Assembly (NCBI RefSeq): GCF_000400465.1
Contig: NW_008806279.1
Coordinates: forward strand, 296,107 to 328,106
DNA length: 32,000 nt
Direction: 5' to 3'
From: Wallemia ichthyophaga EXF-994
Taxonomy: Eukaryota; Fungi; Basidiomycota
Part shown: positions 31,724-32,000 of the stretch, in pieces
Position numbering within the stretch: position 1 is the stretch's first letter
Layout: every line of letters starts with the position of its first letter
Translations under genes and position numbers: made by a program
The notes under the pieces: generated by a model
The model's database searches: none
The model's input: only the letters and a program-made list of their open reading frames with translations
What the model was told of the DNA's origin: nothing

Positions 31724-32000
31724 AGCATACCTACAACCACTCTATACACCACGTTGCTGTTAAGATCCATTAAATCCGCTTGTCCCCGCCCTCTGGATGA
31801 CGTTGGTGATAAGGCGGTCGAAGGCGAGAGACAATGGGAAGCAGTAAATCAATCCAAAGCATAAGCGTTCTCATGTCATCATATTTATAATTACAACACA
31901 TGCCATCAAAAATTAGTTGATCATTTAGCGAGACTATCTAAAGCTTTGGCTTTCCTCGATACTTTGCGAATGTTTCCTTTACGCCTGCACCTTCGAGTAG

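Overview
Eukaryotic, fungal sequence. It reads as a very compact basidiomycete genome (Wallemia-like by inference) with GT-AG introns mostly 42-55 nt long and spacers between coding regions often only 27-120 nt. Manual splicing resolves about 16 protein-coding genes: CDF/MTP metal transporter, JmjC hydroxylase, HSF-type transcription factor, N-terminally truncated Med13, a secreted Kex2-site repeat protein, AHA1, a large PPR protein, SER1, RPS24, FAH-family hydrolase, ornithine decarboxylase (ODC), FUSC/ArAE-type membrane protein, HUB1/UBL5 (8 exons, absent from the ORF track), IFA38, PRP4 and condensin BRN1/Cnd2. There are also two candidate membrane microproteins. The most interesting signals are: (1) a spliced, AUU-initiated uORF ending Pro-Pro-stop in the ODC leader, a candidate polyamine/eIF5A sensor; (2) a 9-nt microexon in the HSF DNA-binding domain between two 133-nt introns, one holding an 88-nt hairpin with a competing fold; (3) two tandem gene pairs lying in frame 27 and 36 nt apart, each bridged by an intron-like GT..AG segment that would fuse them; (4) a microexon-built HUB1 gene only 40 nt head-to-head from IFA38; (5) a decayed three-copy coding repeat in the gene-poor last 2 kb. 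All exon structures are hand-derived and need RNA-seq confirmation.
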